In this document: positions 1 through 12,170 of the stretch, one piece after another
Position numbering within the stretch: the stretch's first letter is position 1
How the letters are laid out: every line of letters starts with the position of its first letter
From: Burkholderiales bacterium
Lineage (GTDB): Bacteria; Pseudomonadota; Gammaproteobacteria; Burkholderiales; Burkholderiaceae_D
Assembly: GCA_016200895.1 (NCBI GenBank)
Contig: JACQDX010000083.1
Span: forward strand, 2,400-66,399
DNA: 64,000 nt
Direction: 5' to 3'
The notes under the pieces: model-generated
The model's input: only the letters and a program-made list of their open reading frames with translations
What the model was told of the DNA's origin: nothing
The model's database searches: none
Made by a program: the position numbers and the translations under genes

Positions 1-216
1 TTGTCTGCCATTGCTGCAGGACAGTCAGAGTTCGACTTGTCGGCTCTGACTAAAATTGACTCCAGTGCAGTGGCAGTCATGATAGCCTGGCAACGTCAGG
101 CTATCGAGCGTGGCTTGCCATTGAGCTTTCAGGGTCTGCCTGCCAGCTTGTTGAGCATACTGGCGCTATACGGCCTCAGCGAGCAATTCCAGCTTTATCC
201 TTCAGAGCGACATTGA
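1..216 (+). CDS. STAS-domain protein (MlaB-like), C-terminal part; 5' end lies outside the window
   Basis: The ORF is open from the window edge. The sequence IDSSAVAVMIAWQRQA...LPLSFQGLP resembles STAS/anti-sigma-antagonist folds. It sits upstream of bolA-murA, as in mla clusters. Confidence 0.55.
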   Translation: MSAIAAGQSEFDLSALTKIDSSAVAVMIAWQRQAIERGLPLSFQGLPASLLSILALYGLSEQFQLYPSERH

Positions 217-387
217 GCGTCTCCTGAATTTCCTTCCCTGAAAGGCATGCCTGGTCGTGAAACCGGTGTGCCATTTCAGATCAAATCCCGAAAATCCCCT
301 ATAATCAAAGGTTTCGTCGCTTTAGCGACCAGAAACCGGGTTTCCGGTTCTTAATTCCCTGATGAGCACTTAGTGCAAACACGCCAG

Positions 388-1308
388 ATGGCAGCCATAC
401 AAATTAGCAACATACAAAAACGCTACCAGTCGCTACAAGCTCTGGGTGGTGTCTCACTCACGATAGAAGAGGGGGAGTTTTTCGGTTTGCTGGGGCCAAA
501 TGGTGCAGGCAAGACCACACTTATTTCCATTTTGGCAGGCTTGAACCGCGCCGATGCCGGTAATATCACCGTGCAAGGTCATGATGTGGTCACGGATTAC
601 CGCAATGCCCGCAAGAAGCTGGGCGTGGTGCCTCAAGAACTGGTGTTTGATCCCTTCTTCACCGTGCGTGAAACCCTGCGCATGCAATCCGGCTATTTCG
701 GCCTGAAGAATAACGACAAGTGGATAGACGAGGTCATGGAAAACCTCGACCTGACCAATAAGGCTGATGTCAATATGCGTGCCCTTTCAGGCGGCATGAA
801 GCGCCGTGTGCTCGTTGCGCAAGCGCTGGTGCATAAACCGCCCGTCATCGTGCTGGATGAGCCAACTGCAGGTGTAGACGTTGAATTACGCCAGACCCTG
901 TGGCAATTCATCGCCCGCCTGAACCGTGAAGGCCATACTGTCGTTTTGACCACGCATTATCTGGAAGAAGCACAGGCCTTGTGTAACCGCATCGCCATGC
1001 TGAAACTGGGCAAGGTTGTGGCCCTGGACAGTACGGCTAATCTGATCAAGCGCATCTCCGGTTCGCAATTACGCGTGACTTTGGCTGCCAGTGGTGTAGT
1101 GACCTTGCCTGCCAGCTTGCGCGACAAAGTCATCAGCCATGAAATACAGGCTGACCCGCGCCAGTTTGCCCTGCGCGTGACTGATTACAATCAGGTGGAA
1201 GGCATGCTGGCAGCCTTCCGCGCAGATGGTTGTGTCATTGAAGATATGCATTTACTGCAAGCTGATCTGGAAGATGTCTTCCTGCAAATTATGGAGGGCT
1301 CCAAATGA
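388..1308 (+). CDS. ABC transporter ATP-binding protein (ABC-2/YadG type)
   Basis: Walker A GPNGAGKTT, ABC signature LSGGMKRR and Walker B VIVLDEPT are present. I prefer the ATG at 388 (MAAIQISNIQKRY) to the GTG at 373 in the ORF track. Confidence 0.9.
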   Translation: MAAIQISNIQKRYQSLQALGGVSLTIEEGEFFGLLGPNGAGKTTLISILAGLNRADAGNITVQGHDVVTDYRNARKKLGVVPQELVFDPFFTVRETLRMQSGYFGLKNNDKWIDEVMENLDLTNKADVNMRALSGGMKRRVLVAQALVHKPPVIVLDEPTAGVDVELRQTLWQFIARLNREGHTVVLTTHYLEEAQALCNRIAMLKLGKVVALDSTANLIKRISGSQLRVTLAASGVVTLPASLRDKVISHEIQADPRQFALRVTDYNQVEGMLAAFRADGCVIEDMHLLQADLEDVFLQIMEGSK

Positions 1309-2069
1309 GCAGCATGACGGGTTTTAATACCCTGTTCTACAAAGAGGTCTTGCGCTTCTGGAAAGTGGCGACGCAAACGATTACCGCACCCATCATGACA
1401 GCCATCCTGTATTTGCTGATTTTTGGCCATGTGCTGGAAGATCATGTACAGGTTTATCCCGGTGTCAAATACACGGCCTTCCTGGTGCCGGGTCTGGTGA
1501 TGATGAGTGTCTTGCAAAATGCCTTTGCGAATTCATCCTCTTCACTGATCCAATCCAAGATCACCGGGAATCTGGTATTCATCCTGTTGCCGCCACTGTC
1601 GCATTGGGAAATTTTCAGTGCCTATGTACTGGCAGCCATCTTGCGCGGCGTTGCTGTTGGCGCTGGTGTCTTCATCGTGACAGCCTGGTTTGCTGACCTG
1701 CATTTTGTTGCGCCCTGGTGGATAGCGATTTTTGCTTTTCTCGGTGCTGCCATGCTGGGCACCATGGGTTTGATTGCCGGTATCTGGGCAGAAAAATTTG
1801 ACCAGCTTGCGGCATTCCAGAACTTTTTGATCATGCCTGCCACCTTCTTGTCGGGCGTGTTTTATTCCATCCATTCCTTGCCTGGCGTCTGGCAAAGTAT
1901 TTCGCGCTTCAACCCGTTTTTCTACATGATAGATGGCTTCCGTTATGGTTTCTTCGGTAAGTCCGATGTTGATCCCTTGCATAGCCTGTTGATCGTTTGT
2001 GTATTCTCCTTATTGCTGGCAGGTTTGGCTATCAATATGCTGAAGCGTGGATATAAGTTGAGACACTAA
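1305..2069 (+). CDS. ABC-2 family transporter permease (YadH type)
   Basis: ATGA start/stop overlap with the ATPase gene. The product is a multi-TM hydrophobic protein of typical ABC-2 permease length. Confidence 0.85.
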   Translation: MSSMTGFNTLFYKEVLRFWKVATQTITAPIMTAILYLLIFGHVLEDHVQVYPGVKYTAFLVPGLVMMSVLQNAFANSSSSLIQSKITGNLVFILLPPLSHWEIFSAYVLAAILRGVAVGAGVFIVTAWFADLHFVAPWWIAIFAFLGAAMLGTMGLIAGIWAEKFDQLAAFQNFLIMPATFLSGVFYSIHSLPGVWQSISRFNPFFYMIDGFRYGFFGKSDVDPLHSLLIVCVFSLLLAGLAINMLKRGYKLRH

Positions 2070-2174
2070 GTACGCCACTGAGTAAGACGCCAAGTACGAC
2101 ACAGAGTCAGCGTCAAGTAAAAAACAATACGCAGTACAACAATTGCTTCACCATTTTGATCAAGAGAGTTAGCC

Positions 2175-3660
<1,486 letters not shown>

Positions 3661-3661
<1 letters not shown>

Positions 3662-4338
3662 TGTCTTCACCTATCTCTTCGCAATTGACACTGGCCTTGT
3701 CCAAAGGTCGCATCTTTGAAGAAACCCTGCCTTTGCTGGAAGCAGCAGGCATACGCGTGACAGAAGATCCAGAGAAATCGCGCAAGCTGATTTTGGCGAC
3801 CAATGATCCTGATGTGCGCGTCATCATCGTACGTGCTTCTGACGTGCCTACCTATGTGCAATATGGTGCGGCTGATTTTGGCGTGGCAGGCAAGGATGTC
3901 TTGCATGAACATGGTGGTGCTGGCCTGTACCAGCCTATCGATTTGAACATTGCCAAATGCCGCATGTCAGTTGCTGTATCGGTGGGTTTTGATTATGAAA
4001 ACGCCGTGCGCCAGGGTGCGCGCTTGCGGGTTGCGACCAAGTACACTGAAACTGCGCGCCAGCATTTTGCCGCCAAGGGTGTGCACGTCGACCTGATCAA
4101 GTTGTATGGCTCGATGGAGTTGGCACCGCTGGTTGGTTTGTCAGATGCGATTGTCGATCTGGTCAGCACCGGCAGTACTCTGCGTGCGAATAATCTGGTT
4201 GAAGTTGAACACATCATGGAAATTTCTTCGCGCCTGGTGGTTAACCAGGCGGCACTGAAATTGAAACGTGAACGCCTGCAACCGATACTGGAAGCATTTG
4301 ATCGCGCCTCCAAGGCCGACGCATTGGCCAACGCATAA
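3661..4338 (+). CDS. hisG: ATP phosphoribosyltransferase, short form (HisG-S)
   Basis: LALSKGRI…[11 protein letters not shown] motifs. At 225 aa it lacks the C-terminal regulatory domain. The start overlaps the murA stop (TAATG). Confidence 0.93.
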
Positions 4339-4355
4339 TTAATGAAGAGAAAAGC

Positions 4356-5672
4356 ATGGCATCCCTGATTACCCGGCTTGATACTACCGATGCAGATTTT
4401 TCCAGAAAACTGACTTCCCTGCTGGCTTTTGAAGCCAGTGAAGATGAAGCTATAGACCGTGCTGCTGCGCAGATTTTGGCCAGCGTCAAAGGCAGTGGTG
4501 ACACTGCGGTGCTGGAAGCGACCAATCGTTTCGATCGACTGAGTGCCAGCAGCGTCGCCGCGCTGGAGTTGACGCAGGAAGAAATGCAGGCTGCATTGGC
4601 GTCCTTGAATGCAGAGCGCCGCACTGCGCTGGAAACAGCAGCAGCGCGTGTACGCGCCTATCACGAAATTCAAAAAGCAGAATGCGGCTCTGCCGGTTTC
4701 AGCTATACCGAAGCTGATGGCACAGTACTCGGCCAAAAAGTCACGCCACTGGACCGCGTTGGTATTTATGTACCTGGCGGCAAGGCCGCTTATCCATCTT
4801 CTGTATTGATGAATGCGATACCCGCCAAGGTAGCAGGCGTCAAAGAAATCATTATGGTCGTGCCTACCCCTGACGGCATAAAAAATCCTCTGGTATTGGC
4901 GGCTGCCGCAATTGCCGGTGTTGACCGCGTGTTCACCATCGGCGGTGCCCAGGCAGTTGGTGCCTTGGCCTATGGTACGGCGACAATACCTGCCGTCGAT
5001 AAAATCGTTGGCCCAGGCAATGCCTATGTGGCCGCTGCCAAGCGCCGTGTGTTTGGCGTGGTCGGCATAGACATGATTGCTGGCCCCTCCGAGATTTTGG
5101 TCTTGTGCGATGGCACGACTGACCCGGACTGGGTTGCCATGGATTTGTTTTCGCAAGCTGAACATGATGAATTGGCGCAATCCATTTTGTTGTGCCCGGA
5201 TCAAGCTTATATCGAAGCTGTGCAAGCCAGCATAGTTAAACTGTTGCCTGCCATGCCCAGGCATGAAGTGATACGCACTTCACTGGCCAATCGCGGTGCC
5301 CTCATCAAGGTGCGCGATATGGATGAAGCCTGCGAAATCGCCAATAGCATCGCAGCTGAACATCTGGAAATTTCTGCAGAAAACCCACAGCAGTGGGCAG
5401 ACAAGATACGTCATGCCGGTGCCATGTTTCTTGGTCGCTATTCGTCGGAATCCCTGGGTGATTATTGCGCTGGCCCCAACCATGTATTGCCAACCTCACG
5501 CACTGCACGTTTCTCTTCGCCGCTGGGCGTCTACGATTTCCAGAAACGTTCATCAATGATTTTCGTCAGTGAGCAGGGTGCGCAAACACTGGGCAAGGTA
5601 GCCGCTGAACTGGCGTATGGCGAAGGCTTGCAAGCCCACGCACGCAGTGCAGAATTGCGGCTCAAGTCATGA
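4356..5672 (+). CDS. hisD: histidinol dehydrogenase
   Basis: Typical HisD sequence (…[13 protein letters not shown]…, …SQAEHDE…, …[13 protein letters not shown]…). Confidence 0.95.
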   Translation: MASLITRLDTTDADFSRKLTSLLAFEASEDEAIDRAAAQILASVKGSGDTAVLEATNRFDRLSASSVAALELTQEEMQAALASLNAERRTALETAAARVRAYHEIQKAECGSAGFSYTEADGTVLGQKVTPLDRVGIYVPGGKAAYPSSVLMNAIPAKVAGVKEIIMVVPTPDGIKNPLVLAAAAIAGVDRVFTIGGAQAVGALAYGTATIPAVDKIVGPGNAYVAAAKRRVFGVVGIDMIAGPSEILVLCDGTTDPDWVAMDLFSQAEHDELAQSILLCPDQAYIEAVQASIVKLLPAMPRHEVIRTSLANRGALIKVRDMDEACEIANSIAAEHLEISAENPQQWADKIRHAGAMFLGRYSSESLGDYCAGPNHVLPTSRTARFSSPLGVYDFQKRSSMIFVSEQGAQTLGKVAAELAYGEGLQAHARSAELRLKS

Positions 5673-5706
5673 AAGCGACACTGCTGGCTGCTATGAATAT
5701 CCACAT

Positions 5707-6483
5707 ATGATGGTCGAATGGCGTAACCAGGTTTTTTGTGAAGACGCGCTGCAAGGTCTGGCGCGTTTGCCTGATGCCAGCATCGATTTATTGCTGGCGG
5801 ACCCGCCGTATGGCCTGGGCAAGGATTATGGCAATGAATCAGACAAGATGGAGTCAGCGGCCTATCTGGAATGGATGGCGCAGTGGATAGACCTGGCCCT
5901 GCCCAAGCTGAAGGCAAATGGCAGCCTGTATATCTTTCTGACCTGGCGTTATTCGCCAGAAGTGTTTGTCATGCTCAAGCAGCGCATGAGCATGATGAAT
6001 GAAATTATCTGGGACAGACGGGTGCCCTCTATGGGTGGTACCGTACGGAAGTATTCATCGGTGCATGACACGATAGGGTTTTTTGTCAAAGCCAAAGATT
6101 ATTATTTTGACCTGGATGCGATACGCATCCCGTATGATGCAGCCACCAAGAAAGCCCGCAGCCGGAAGATTTTTGAGGGCGCGAAGTGGCTGGAAATGGG
6201 ATTCAATCCCAAGGATGTCTGGAGTGTTTCACGTCTGCACAGAGAACATGCCGAACGCGAAGAACATCCTACCCAAAAACCGCTCGAAATCATCGAGCGC
6301 ATGATCAAGGCTTCCTGCCCACCCGGCGGTGTTGTACTCGATCCCTTCATGGGCAGCGGCACCACCGCCGTAGCTGCCAAACGTTGCGGGCGTAATTTTG
6401 TCGGATTTGAATTAAATCCCGACTATTGCGCAATGATAGAAAGTCGCCTGGCCTCAATCGACACGGAAGTAATTCCTGCCTGA
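5707..6483 (+). CDS. site-specific DNA methyltransferase, beta-class (N6-adenine/N4-cytosine family); no restriction partner
   Basis: Catalytic motif IV LLLADPPYGLG lies N-terminal and AdoMet motif I VLDPFMGSGTTAVAA lies C-terminal, which is the beta-class order. EHPTQKPLEIIERMI is typical of the PF01555-type family. I prefer the ATG at 5707, after the hisD stop, to the ORF-track start at 5617, which overlaps hisD. Confidence 0.85.
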   Translation: MMVEWRNQVFCEDALQGLARLPDASIDLLLADPPYGLGKDYGNESDKMESAAYLEWMAQWIDLALPKLKANGSLYIFLTWRYSPEVFVMLKQRMSMMNEIIWDRRVPSMGGTVRKYSSVHDTIGFFVKAKDYYFDLDAIRIPYDAATKKARSRKIFEGAKWLEMGFNPKDVWSVSRLHREHAEREEHPTQKPLEIIERMIKASCPPGGVVLDPFMGSGTTAVAAKRCGRNFVGFELNPDYCAMIESRLASIDTEVIPA

Positions 6484-6530
6484 TTTGTGTTGAGACTTGG
6501 TCTGCGTGATTTTCAATGTACTAGCTGAAC

Positions 6531-7619
6531 ATGGAGCAAGAATTGAGCATCACCAAACTGATACGCCCTGAAATCGCCAGCCTGTCCGCCTATCATGTGC
6601 CGGACGCAAGCGGTTTCCTGAAACTGGATGCAATGGAAAATCCTTATCTGCTGCCGCCTGATATGCAGCAGGAACTGGCCAGTCATCTGGCAGGTGTGGC
6701 ATTGAATCGTTATCCGCAACCCGCCTATGCCAGTCTCAAGCAATTGATTGCCGACAAACTCGGTGTACCTGCTGGCCATGACATCGTCCTCGGCAATGGC
6801 TCGGATGAGCTCATCAGCATGGTTTCTATCGCCTGCGCCAAACCCGGTGCCAAGGTGCTCGCGCCCGTCCCCGGCTTTGTCATGTATGCCATGTCTGCCC
6901 TGTTTGCCGGGCTGGAATTTGTCGGCGTAGACTTGAACCCTGATTTCACGCTGAATAAGGCAGCCATGCTGACTGCCATAGTCGAGCATCAACCAGCCAT
7001 CACTTACCTGGCTTATCCCAATAACCCCACCGGCACGCTTTATGATGCTGACGACATGGTCGCCATCCTGCAGGCGATTGGTGATAATGGCATCGTCATA
7101 GTCGATGAAGCCTATCAACCCTTTGCCCAGGCCAGCTTCATGTCACGCCTGGCAGAGTTTGATAATCTGGTCGTCATGCGCACAGTATCCAAGCTGGGTC
7201 TGGCAGGCATACGTCTGGGTTATATGGCTGGCAATAATGCACTGATGCATGAGTTTGAAAAAGTGCGCCCGCCATACAACATCAATGTCTTGACGCAGGC
7301 TGCAGCAGAATTTGTCCTAGCAAGAGTAGAAGTACTGGATGCCCAGGCAGCAGAATTGCGCCAGCAACGCACGGAATTGATGGCAGCGATGGCAAGCTTG
7401 CCAGAGGTGCAAGTCTTTCCTTCTGCTGCCAATTTTGTGCTGATTCGTGTTGCGAATGCCGAACAAGTCTTTGTGAAATTACGCGAACAAAAAATTTTAG
7501 TCAAAAATGTAGGTAAAATGCATAATCTGCTGGGTAACTGTCTGCGTATTACAGTCAGTACCCGGGAAGAGAATGCTCTTTTTCTTGCTGCCCTGGCAGC
7601 ATCTTTATCATCAAAATGA
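6531..7619 (+). CDS. hisC: histidinol-phosphate aminotransferase
   Basis: Class-II aminotransferase pattern (…YPNNPTG…, …[15 protein letters not shown]… with the PLP lysine) in the his operon context. Confidence 0.93.
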   Translation: MEQELSITKLIRPEIASLSAYHVPDASGFLKLDAMENPYLLPPDMQQELASHLAGVALNRYPQPAYASLKQLIADKLGVPAGHDIVLGNGSDELISMVSIACAKPGAKVLAPVPGFVMYAMSALFAGLEFVGVDLNPDFTLNKAAMLTAIVEHQPAITYLAYPNNPTGTLYDADDMVAILQAIGDNGIVIVDEAYQPFAQASFMSRLAEFDNLVVMRTVSKLGLAGIRLGYMAGNNALMHEFEKVRPPYNINVLTQAAAEFVLARVEVLDAQAAELRQQRTELMAAMASLPEVQVFPSAANFVLIRVANAEQVFVKLREQKILVKNVGKMHNLLGNCLRITVSTREENALFLAALAASLSSK

Positions 7620-8218
7620 ATAAGCCCATAGAACGCATTGCGGCGGTTACCCGCAATACCAATGAAACACAAATCCGTGTTGCCATCAATCTTGACGGCA
7701 CAGGCCAGCAAAAACTCAATACTGGCGTTCCTTTCCTGGATCATATGCTGGATCAGATCGCCCGTCATGGCCTGATCGATCTGGACATTGAAGCCGTCGG
7801 TGACCTGCATATTGATGCCCACCACACGGTAGAAGATGTTGGTATTACCCTGGGCCAGGCATTTGCCAAGGCGATTGGTGATAAAAAAGGCATACGCCGT
7901 TATGGTCACGCCTATGTACCTCTGGACGAGGCATTGTCACGCGTGGTCATCGATTTTTCTGGCCGTCCCGGTCTGGAATACCATATCCCCTTTACCCGCG
8001 CCATGATAGGCAACTTTGATGTCGATCTCACCCGTGAATTTTTCCAGGGTTTCGTCAATCATGCTTTGGTCAGCTTGCATATCGACAACTTGCGCGGCGA
8101 CAACTCTCATCATCAATGTGAAACTGTGTTCAAAGCTTTTGGCCGTGCCCTGCGCATGGCAACTGAGCTGGATGCGCGTGCGGCAGGAACCATACCCTCG
8201 ACCAAAGGCAGCCTTTGA
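7616..8218 (+). CDS. hisB: imidazoleglycerol-phosphate dehydratase
   Basis: [16 protein letters not shown]…[11 protein letters not shown]…GDNSHHQCE motifs. ATGA overlap with hisC. Confidence 0.95.
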   Translation: MNKPIERIAAVTRNTNETQIRVAINLDGTGQQKLNTGVPFLDHMLDQIARHGLIDLDIEAVGDLHIDAHHTVEDVGITLGQAFAKAIGDKKGIRRYGHAYVPLDEALSRVVIDFSGRPGLEYHIPFTRAMIGNFDVDLTREFFQGFVNHALVSLHIDNLRGDNSHHQCETVFKAFGRALRMATELDARAAGTIPSTKGSL

Positions 8219-8273
8219 TCGTAATGCAAATACAGATAGCAGACACGAGAGTCCAGCTTGCTGGTGATTCATT

Positions 8274-8912
8274 ATGAATAAAATTGTAGTAGTAGATTAC
8301 GGCATGGGTAATTTGCGCTCGGTAGCGCAAGCCCTGCGTGCCGTCGCACCTGAAGCAAATGTGCTTATTTCTGGCGAAGTTGCCGATATCCGCAGCGCAG
8401 ATCGTATCGTTTTGCCAGGGCAGGGAGCCATGCCGGATTGTATGAGTTGTCTGCGAGAATCAGGCCTGCAAGATGCCGTGCTGGAAGCCGCCCGCAACAA
8501 ACCTCTGTTTGGTGTTTGTGTAGGTGAACAAATGTTGTTTGATGTCAGTGAAGAGGGTAATACGCCTGGCCTGGGTCTCTTGCCCGGTAAAGTGGTACGC
8601 TTTGAACTGGACGGTCAATTGCAGGCAGATGGTTCGCGTTACAAAGTGCCACAAATGGGCTGGAACCGTGTGCAGCAATCGCAGTCTCATGCCTTGTGGC
8701 AAGACATTGCAGACGATGCCTATTTTTATTTTGTGCATAGTTATTATGCCCAGCCTGCGGATGCGCAACATGCGGTGGGCATGACGGATTACGGTAGCCT
8801 GTTTGCCTGCGCAGTAGCGCGTGACAATATTTTCGCCACCCAGTTTCACCCTGAAAAGAGCGCGACGGCTGGCTTGCAACTGTATAAGAATTTTGTACAC
8901 TGGAAACCATAA
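8274..8912 (+). CDS. hisH: imidazole glycerol phosphate synthase, glutamine amidotransferase subunit
   Basis: [12 protein letters not shown]…GVCVGEQML…FHPEKS motifs (GATase class I triad). Confidence 0.95.
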   Translation: MNKIVVVDYGMGNLRSVAQALRAVAPEANVLISGEVADIRSADRIVLPGQGAMPDCMSCLRESGLQDAVLEAARNKPLFGVCVGEQMLFDVSEEGNTPGLGLLPGKVVRFELDGQLQADGSRYKVPQMGWNRVQQSQSHALWQDIADDAYFYFVHSYYAQPADAQHAVGMTDYGSLFACAVARDNIFATQFHPEKSATAGLQLYKNFVHWKP

Positions 8913-8931
8913 GTGGCTATGTAGTGTCTGA

Positions 8932-8986
8932 ATAATGTCTGATTAGTGTCTGATTAGTGTCTGATTAGTGTCTGATGTAAATTGTT
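8932..8986. repeat. Five tandem copies of an 11-bp unit (TAGTGTCTGAT; the first two copies have one mismatch each)
   Basis: Read directly: tagtgtctgaa / taatgtctgat / tagtgtctgat x3. The array lies in the 142-bp hisH-hisA gap. Confidence 0.9.
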
Positions 8987-9054
8987 TATCCTGATTTTTA
9001 ACTGGTATTGTCTTTTTTTATTGTCTCATTGACGTTCCTACTTTTTCTCATATC

Positions 9055-9846
9055 ATGCTGCTCATCCCTGCTATAGACCTGAAAGATGGCCACTGCGTAC
9101 GCCTTAAACAAGGTGACATGGACCAGGCCACTGTATTTTCTGAAGACCCTGCCGAAATGGCGCGCCATTGGCTGCGTCAGGGCGCGCGTCGTCTGCATCT
9201 GGTGGATTTGAACGGCGCTTTTGCCGGCAAGCCCAAGAACGAGGCGGCTGTCAAAGCCATCATACAAGCGGTGCGTGATTACGCCGAAGAAACCGATACC
9301 GAAGAAATCCCGGTGCAACTCGGTGGCGGCATCCGTGATCTTGATACGATAGAACGCTATCTTGACGATGGCCTGTCCTACATTATCATCGGTACCGCTG
9401 CTGTCAAGAACCCAGGTTTCCTGGCAGATGCCTGCAGTGCTTTCCCTGGCCAGATCATCGTTGGCATTGATGCCAAGGATGGCAAGGTAGCCACCGATGG
9501 CTGGAGCAAATTGTCTGGACATGAAGTCATCGACCTTGCCAAGAAATTTGAAGGCTATGGCGTTGAAGCCATTGTCTACACCGACATAGGCCGTGACGGC
9601 ATGATGGGTGGCGTGAATATTGAAGCCACCGTCAAACTGGCGCAAGCTGTCAGCATCCCCGTTATCGCTTCTGGTGGCGTGCATGTGCTGGCTGACGTCG
9701 AAGCTCTGTGTGCTGTGCAAGATGAGGGCATAGAAGGTGTGATTTGTGGCCGTTCGATTTACGAAGGCACGCTGGATTTGTCGTCAGCACAAGATCGTGC
9801 CGATGAACTCAGCGGTGAATTCGATGATGAAGAAGAAACTGAATGA
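9055..9846 (+). CDS. hisA: 1-(5-phosphoribosyl)-5-[(5-phosphoribosylamino)methylideneamino]imidazole-4-carboxamide isomerase
   Basis: [17 protein letters not shown]…VQLGGGIR…ASGG motifs. It carries an acidic C-terminal tail (EFDDEEETE). Confidence 0.93.
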   Translation: MLLIPAIDLKDGHCVRLKQGDMDQATVFSEDPAEMARHWLRQGARRLHLVDLNGAFAGKPKNEAAVKAIIQAVRDYAEETDTEEIPVQLGGGIRDLDTIERYLDDGLSYIIIGTAAVKNPGFLADACSAFPGQIIVGIDAKDGKVATDGWSKLSGHEVIDLAKKFEGYGVEAIVYTDIGRDGMMGGVNIEATVKLAQAVSIPVIASGGVHVLADVEALCAVQDEGIEGVICGRSIYEGTLDLSSAQDRADELSGEFDDEEETE

Positions 9847-10607
9847 GCTTAGCCAAACGTATTATCCCTTGTCTGGATGTGACCGCTGGTCGCGTTGTCA
9901 AGGGCATTAATTTTCAGGAACTGCGCGATGCCGGTGACCCGGTAGAAATCGCCCGTCGTTATGACGGGCAGGGCGCAGATGAAATTACTTTTCTCGATAT
10001 CACGGCTTCTTCTGATGGCCGCGACCTGATCTTGCCGATTATTGAAGCCGTAGCTTCGCAAGTGTTCATCCCGCTCACTGTTGGTGGTGGTGTACGTACA
10101 GTGGCTGATGTACGTCGTTTGCTCAATGCCGGAGCTGACAAGGTAGGCATCAATACTTCTGCCGTGACCAATCCGCAACTGGTGGCAGATGCTGCACATA
10201 AATATGGTTCGCAATGCATAGTCGTTGCCATTGATGCCAAGAATGTGGGGCCAGGCAAGTGGGAAGTGTTTACCCATGGTGGCCGTAATGCCACCGGTCT
10301 GGATGCGGTTGAATGGGCCATGCATATGGCAAAACTGGGCGCAGGAGAAATCTTGCTGACCAGCATGGACAAGGATGGCACACGTTCCGGTTTTGACCTG
10401 GGCCTGACGCGCGCGGTATCGGACGCCGTATCCATACCCGTCATCGCCTCTGGTGGTGTGGGTGGCTTGCAAGACTTGGCTGACGGTATCAAAGTGGGTG
10501 GGGCCGATGCGGTGCTGGCTGCCAGCATCTTCCATTACGGACAACACACAGTAGGTGAAGCAAAACAATTTATGGCTGCACAACATATACCGATGAGGTT
10601 GTCATGA
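9843..10607 (+). CDS. hisF: imidazole glycerol phosphate synthase, cyclase subunit
   Basis: [10 protein letters not shown]…VVKG…GADE…ASGG motifs. ATGA overlap with hisA. Confidence 0.95.
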   Translation: MSLAKRIIPCLDVTAGRVVKGINFQELRDAGDPVEIARRYDGQGADEITFLDITASSDGRDLILPIIEAVASQVFIPLTVGGGVRTVADVRRLLNAGADKVGINTSAVTNPQLVADAAHKYGSQCIVVAIDAKNVGPGKWEVFTHGGRNATGLDAVEWAMHMAKLGAGEILLTSMDKDGTRSGFDLGLTRAVSDAVSIPVIASGGVGGLQDLADGIKVGGADAVLAASIFHYGQHTVGEAKQFMAAQHIPMRLS

Positions 10608-11005
10608 GCGCGGCAAAATGGTTGAACAAGGTCAAGTGGGATGAAAACGGCTTGGTGCCTGTCATTGCACAAGAAGCCAGCAGCAACGATATATTGATGT
10701 TTGCCTGGATGAACCGCGATGCGCTGACTAAGACCGTGGAACTGGGTGAAGCTGTCTACTGGAGCCGCTCGCGCAAGAAACTCTGGCATAAAGGTGAAGA
10801 ATCAGGTCACATCCAGAAGGTCAAGGAAATCCGCATCGATTGCGATGAAGACGTGGTCTTGCTGAAGATAGAACAGACCGACAGCATCGCCTGCCATACT
10901 GGCCGTCATTCCTGCTTCTTCCAGAAGTTTGAAGGCAGCCTCAATGATGGTGACTGGCTGGCAGTTGATCCGGTCTTGAAAGATCCGGAAAGTATCTACA
11001 AATGA
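10604..11005 (+). CDS. hisI: phosphoribosyl-AMP cyclohydrolase
   Basis: GLVPVIAQE…YWSRSR…LWHKGE.SGH…CDED…CHTG motifs. Start overlaps the hisF stop. Confidence 0.93.
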   Translation: MSAAKWLNKVKWDENGLVPVIAQEASSNDILMFAWMNRDALTKTVELGEAVYWSRSRKKLWHKGEESGHIQKVKEIRIDCDEDVVLLKIEQTDSIACHTGRHSCFFQKFEGSLNDGDWLAVDPVLKDPESIYK

Positions 11006-11043
11006 AGATCTACAAATAAGCATCTACAAATGAGTATTGTGCA

Positions 11044-11397
11044 ATGAGTAATACACAAGAACAGACTTTGCAACGTCTGGCAGAAATTATTGAGAGCCGC
11101 AAACTGGTGAATGGCGGTGATCCGGATAAATCCTATGTTGCCCGCCTGTTTTCCAAGGGTGACGACGCCATCTTGAAAAAGATAGGCGAAGAAGCAACAG
11201 AAACCGTGATGGCCGCCAAAGATGCGCGAGTCTCTGGTGATGCGACCAAGCTTTTATATGAATGTGCCGACCTCTGGTTTCATTCGCTTGTCATGTTGGC
11301 CCAGTATGATCTCAGCCCTCAGCAGGTGCTGGATGAGCTGGCAAGGCGCGAAGGTATTTCTGGTATTGAAGAAAAAGCGGCGCGCAAGGATGCGTGA
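11044..11397 (+). CDS. hisE: phosphoribosyl-ATP pyrophosphatase
   Basis: …[20 protein letters not shown]…ADLWFH… pattern typical of HisE. Confidence 0.9.
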   Translation: MSNTQEQTLQRLAEIIESRKLVNGGDPDKSYVARLFSKGDDAILKKIGEEATETVMAAKDARVSGDATKLLYECADLWFHSLVMLAQYDLSPQQVLDELARREGISGIEEKAARKDA

Positions 11398-11433
11398 GCA
11401 TAAGTATACGTCTTGTTGAGGAACGGATAAAAC

Positions 11434-11805
11434 GTGGATAACTGCATTTTTTGTAAGATCGCTGCAAAACAAATCCCTTCGGCCAGTGTCTATGAAGATG
11501 AAGAATTGCTGGCTTTTAAAGATATCAACCCTGCTGCCCCTGTGCACCTGTTGATCATTCCTAAACTGCACATCGACACTTTGTCTTCAATACAGCCGGA
11601 ACATACTGCCTTGTTGGGGAAAATGCTGGCTTTGGTCCCGAAGTTGGCACAGGAGCAAGGATGCGCGCCGGTGCAAGAGGCTGATGGCAGCTTAACGGGT
11701 GGTTACAAAACCCTGATCAACACCGGACCTGATGGTGGACAGGAGGTGTATCATTTGCACATACATGTAATAGGCGGTCCCAAGCCCTGGCGCGGACAGC
11801 GCTGA
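11434..11805 (+). CDS. HIT-family (histidine triad) nucleotide-binding protein
   Basis: CIFCKI N-terminus and histidine triad HLHIHVIGG. Confidence 0.85.
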   Translation: MDNCIFCKIAAKQIPSASVYEDEELLAFKDINPAAPVHLLIIPKLHIDTLSSIQPEHTALLGKMLALVPKLAQEQGCAPVQEADGSLTGGYKTLINTGPDGGQEVYHLHIHVIGGPKPWRGQR

Positions 11806-11905
11806 TGGTGTTTTTTTATTGGCACCGGCACTGGCTTTCGCTGGCGGTGACAACGGCAGGTTTTGATCATATTTTTCGAGAGCAAGACTCTCACGGGAGT
11901 AAGCA

Positions 11906-12124
11906 ATGGGTTCATTAAGTATTTGGCACTGGCTGATCGTTCTGGTTGTCATCGTGTTGGTGTTTGGCACCAAGAAGCTGGGCAATGTCGGTTCTGACCT
12001 GGGCAAGGCCGTCAAGGGTTTCAAGGATGGCGTCAAGGGTGAAGAGGAAAAACCGGGATCGTCACAGCAGGTTGCTGACAAAAGCACCATAGACATAGAA
12101 GTAAAAGACAAATCCAAGCTGTGA
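11906..12124 (+). CDS. tatA: twin-arginine translocase subunit TatA
   Basis: N-terminal TM helix followed by [20 protein letters not shown], the classical TatA/E pattern. Confidence 0.9.
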   Translation: MGSLSIWHWLIVLVVIVLVFGTKKLGNVGSDLGKAVKGFKDGVKGEEEKPGSSQQVADKSTIDIEVKDKSKL

Positions 12125-12170
12125 TGCATTTTTCTTGCACTGATGTACAGCCCTTGCCGGGGTTGCCAGC

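Noticed and set aside
3993-5264. 423-aa ORF antisense to hisD. Similar long antisense ORFs occur at 2915-3670 (opposite murA), 21529-22557 (opposite DPP-IV), 35755-36945 (opposite tex) and 57545-58540 (opposite the sigma-54 regulator).
   Set aside because: Each lies entirely inside a confidently identified gene on the other strand. Their compositions are low-complexity and skewed (rich in R, C, Q, G, H), they show no recognisable motifs, and no ribosome-binding context is evident. They are typical shadow ORFs.
5617-6483. The methyltransferase as part of a complete restriction-modification or other defence system, and the longer ORF-track start at 5617.
   Set aside because: The flanking genes are hisD and hisC with gaps of less than 50 nt, which leaves no room for an endonuclease or specificity subunit. 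The 5617 start would overlap hisD by 56 nt, and the N-terminal extension has no methyltransferase similarity.
8932-8986. Possibility that the 11-bp tandem array, or the 80-bp repeats at 45575-45734, is a CRISPR array.
   Set aside because: The units are contiguous with no spacers, the 11-bp unit is far too short, the 80-bp unit has only two copies, and no cas genes occur in the window.
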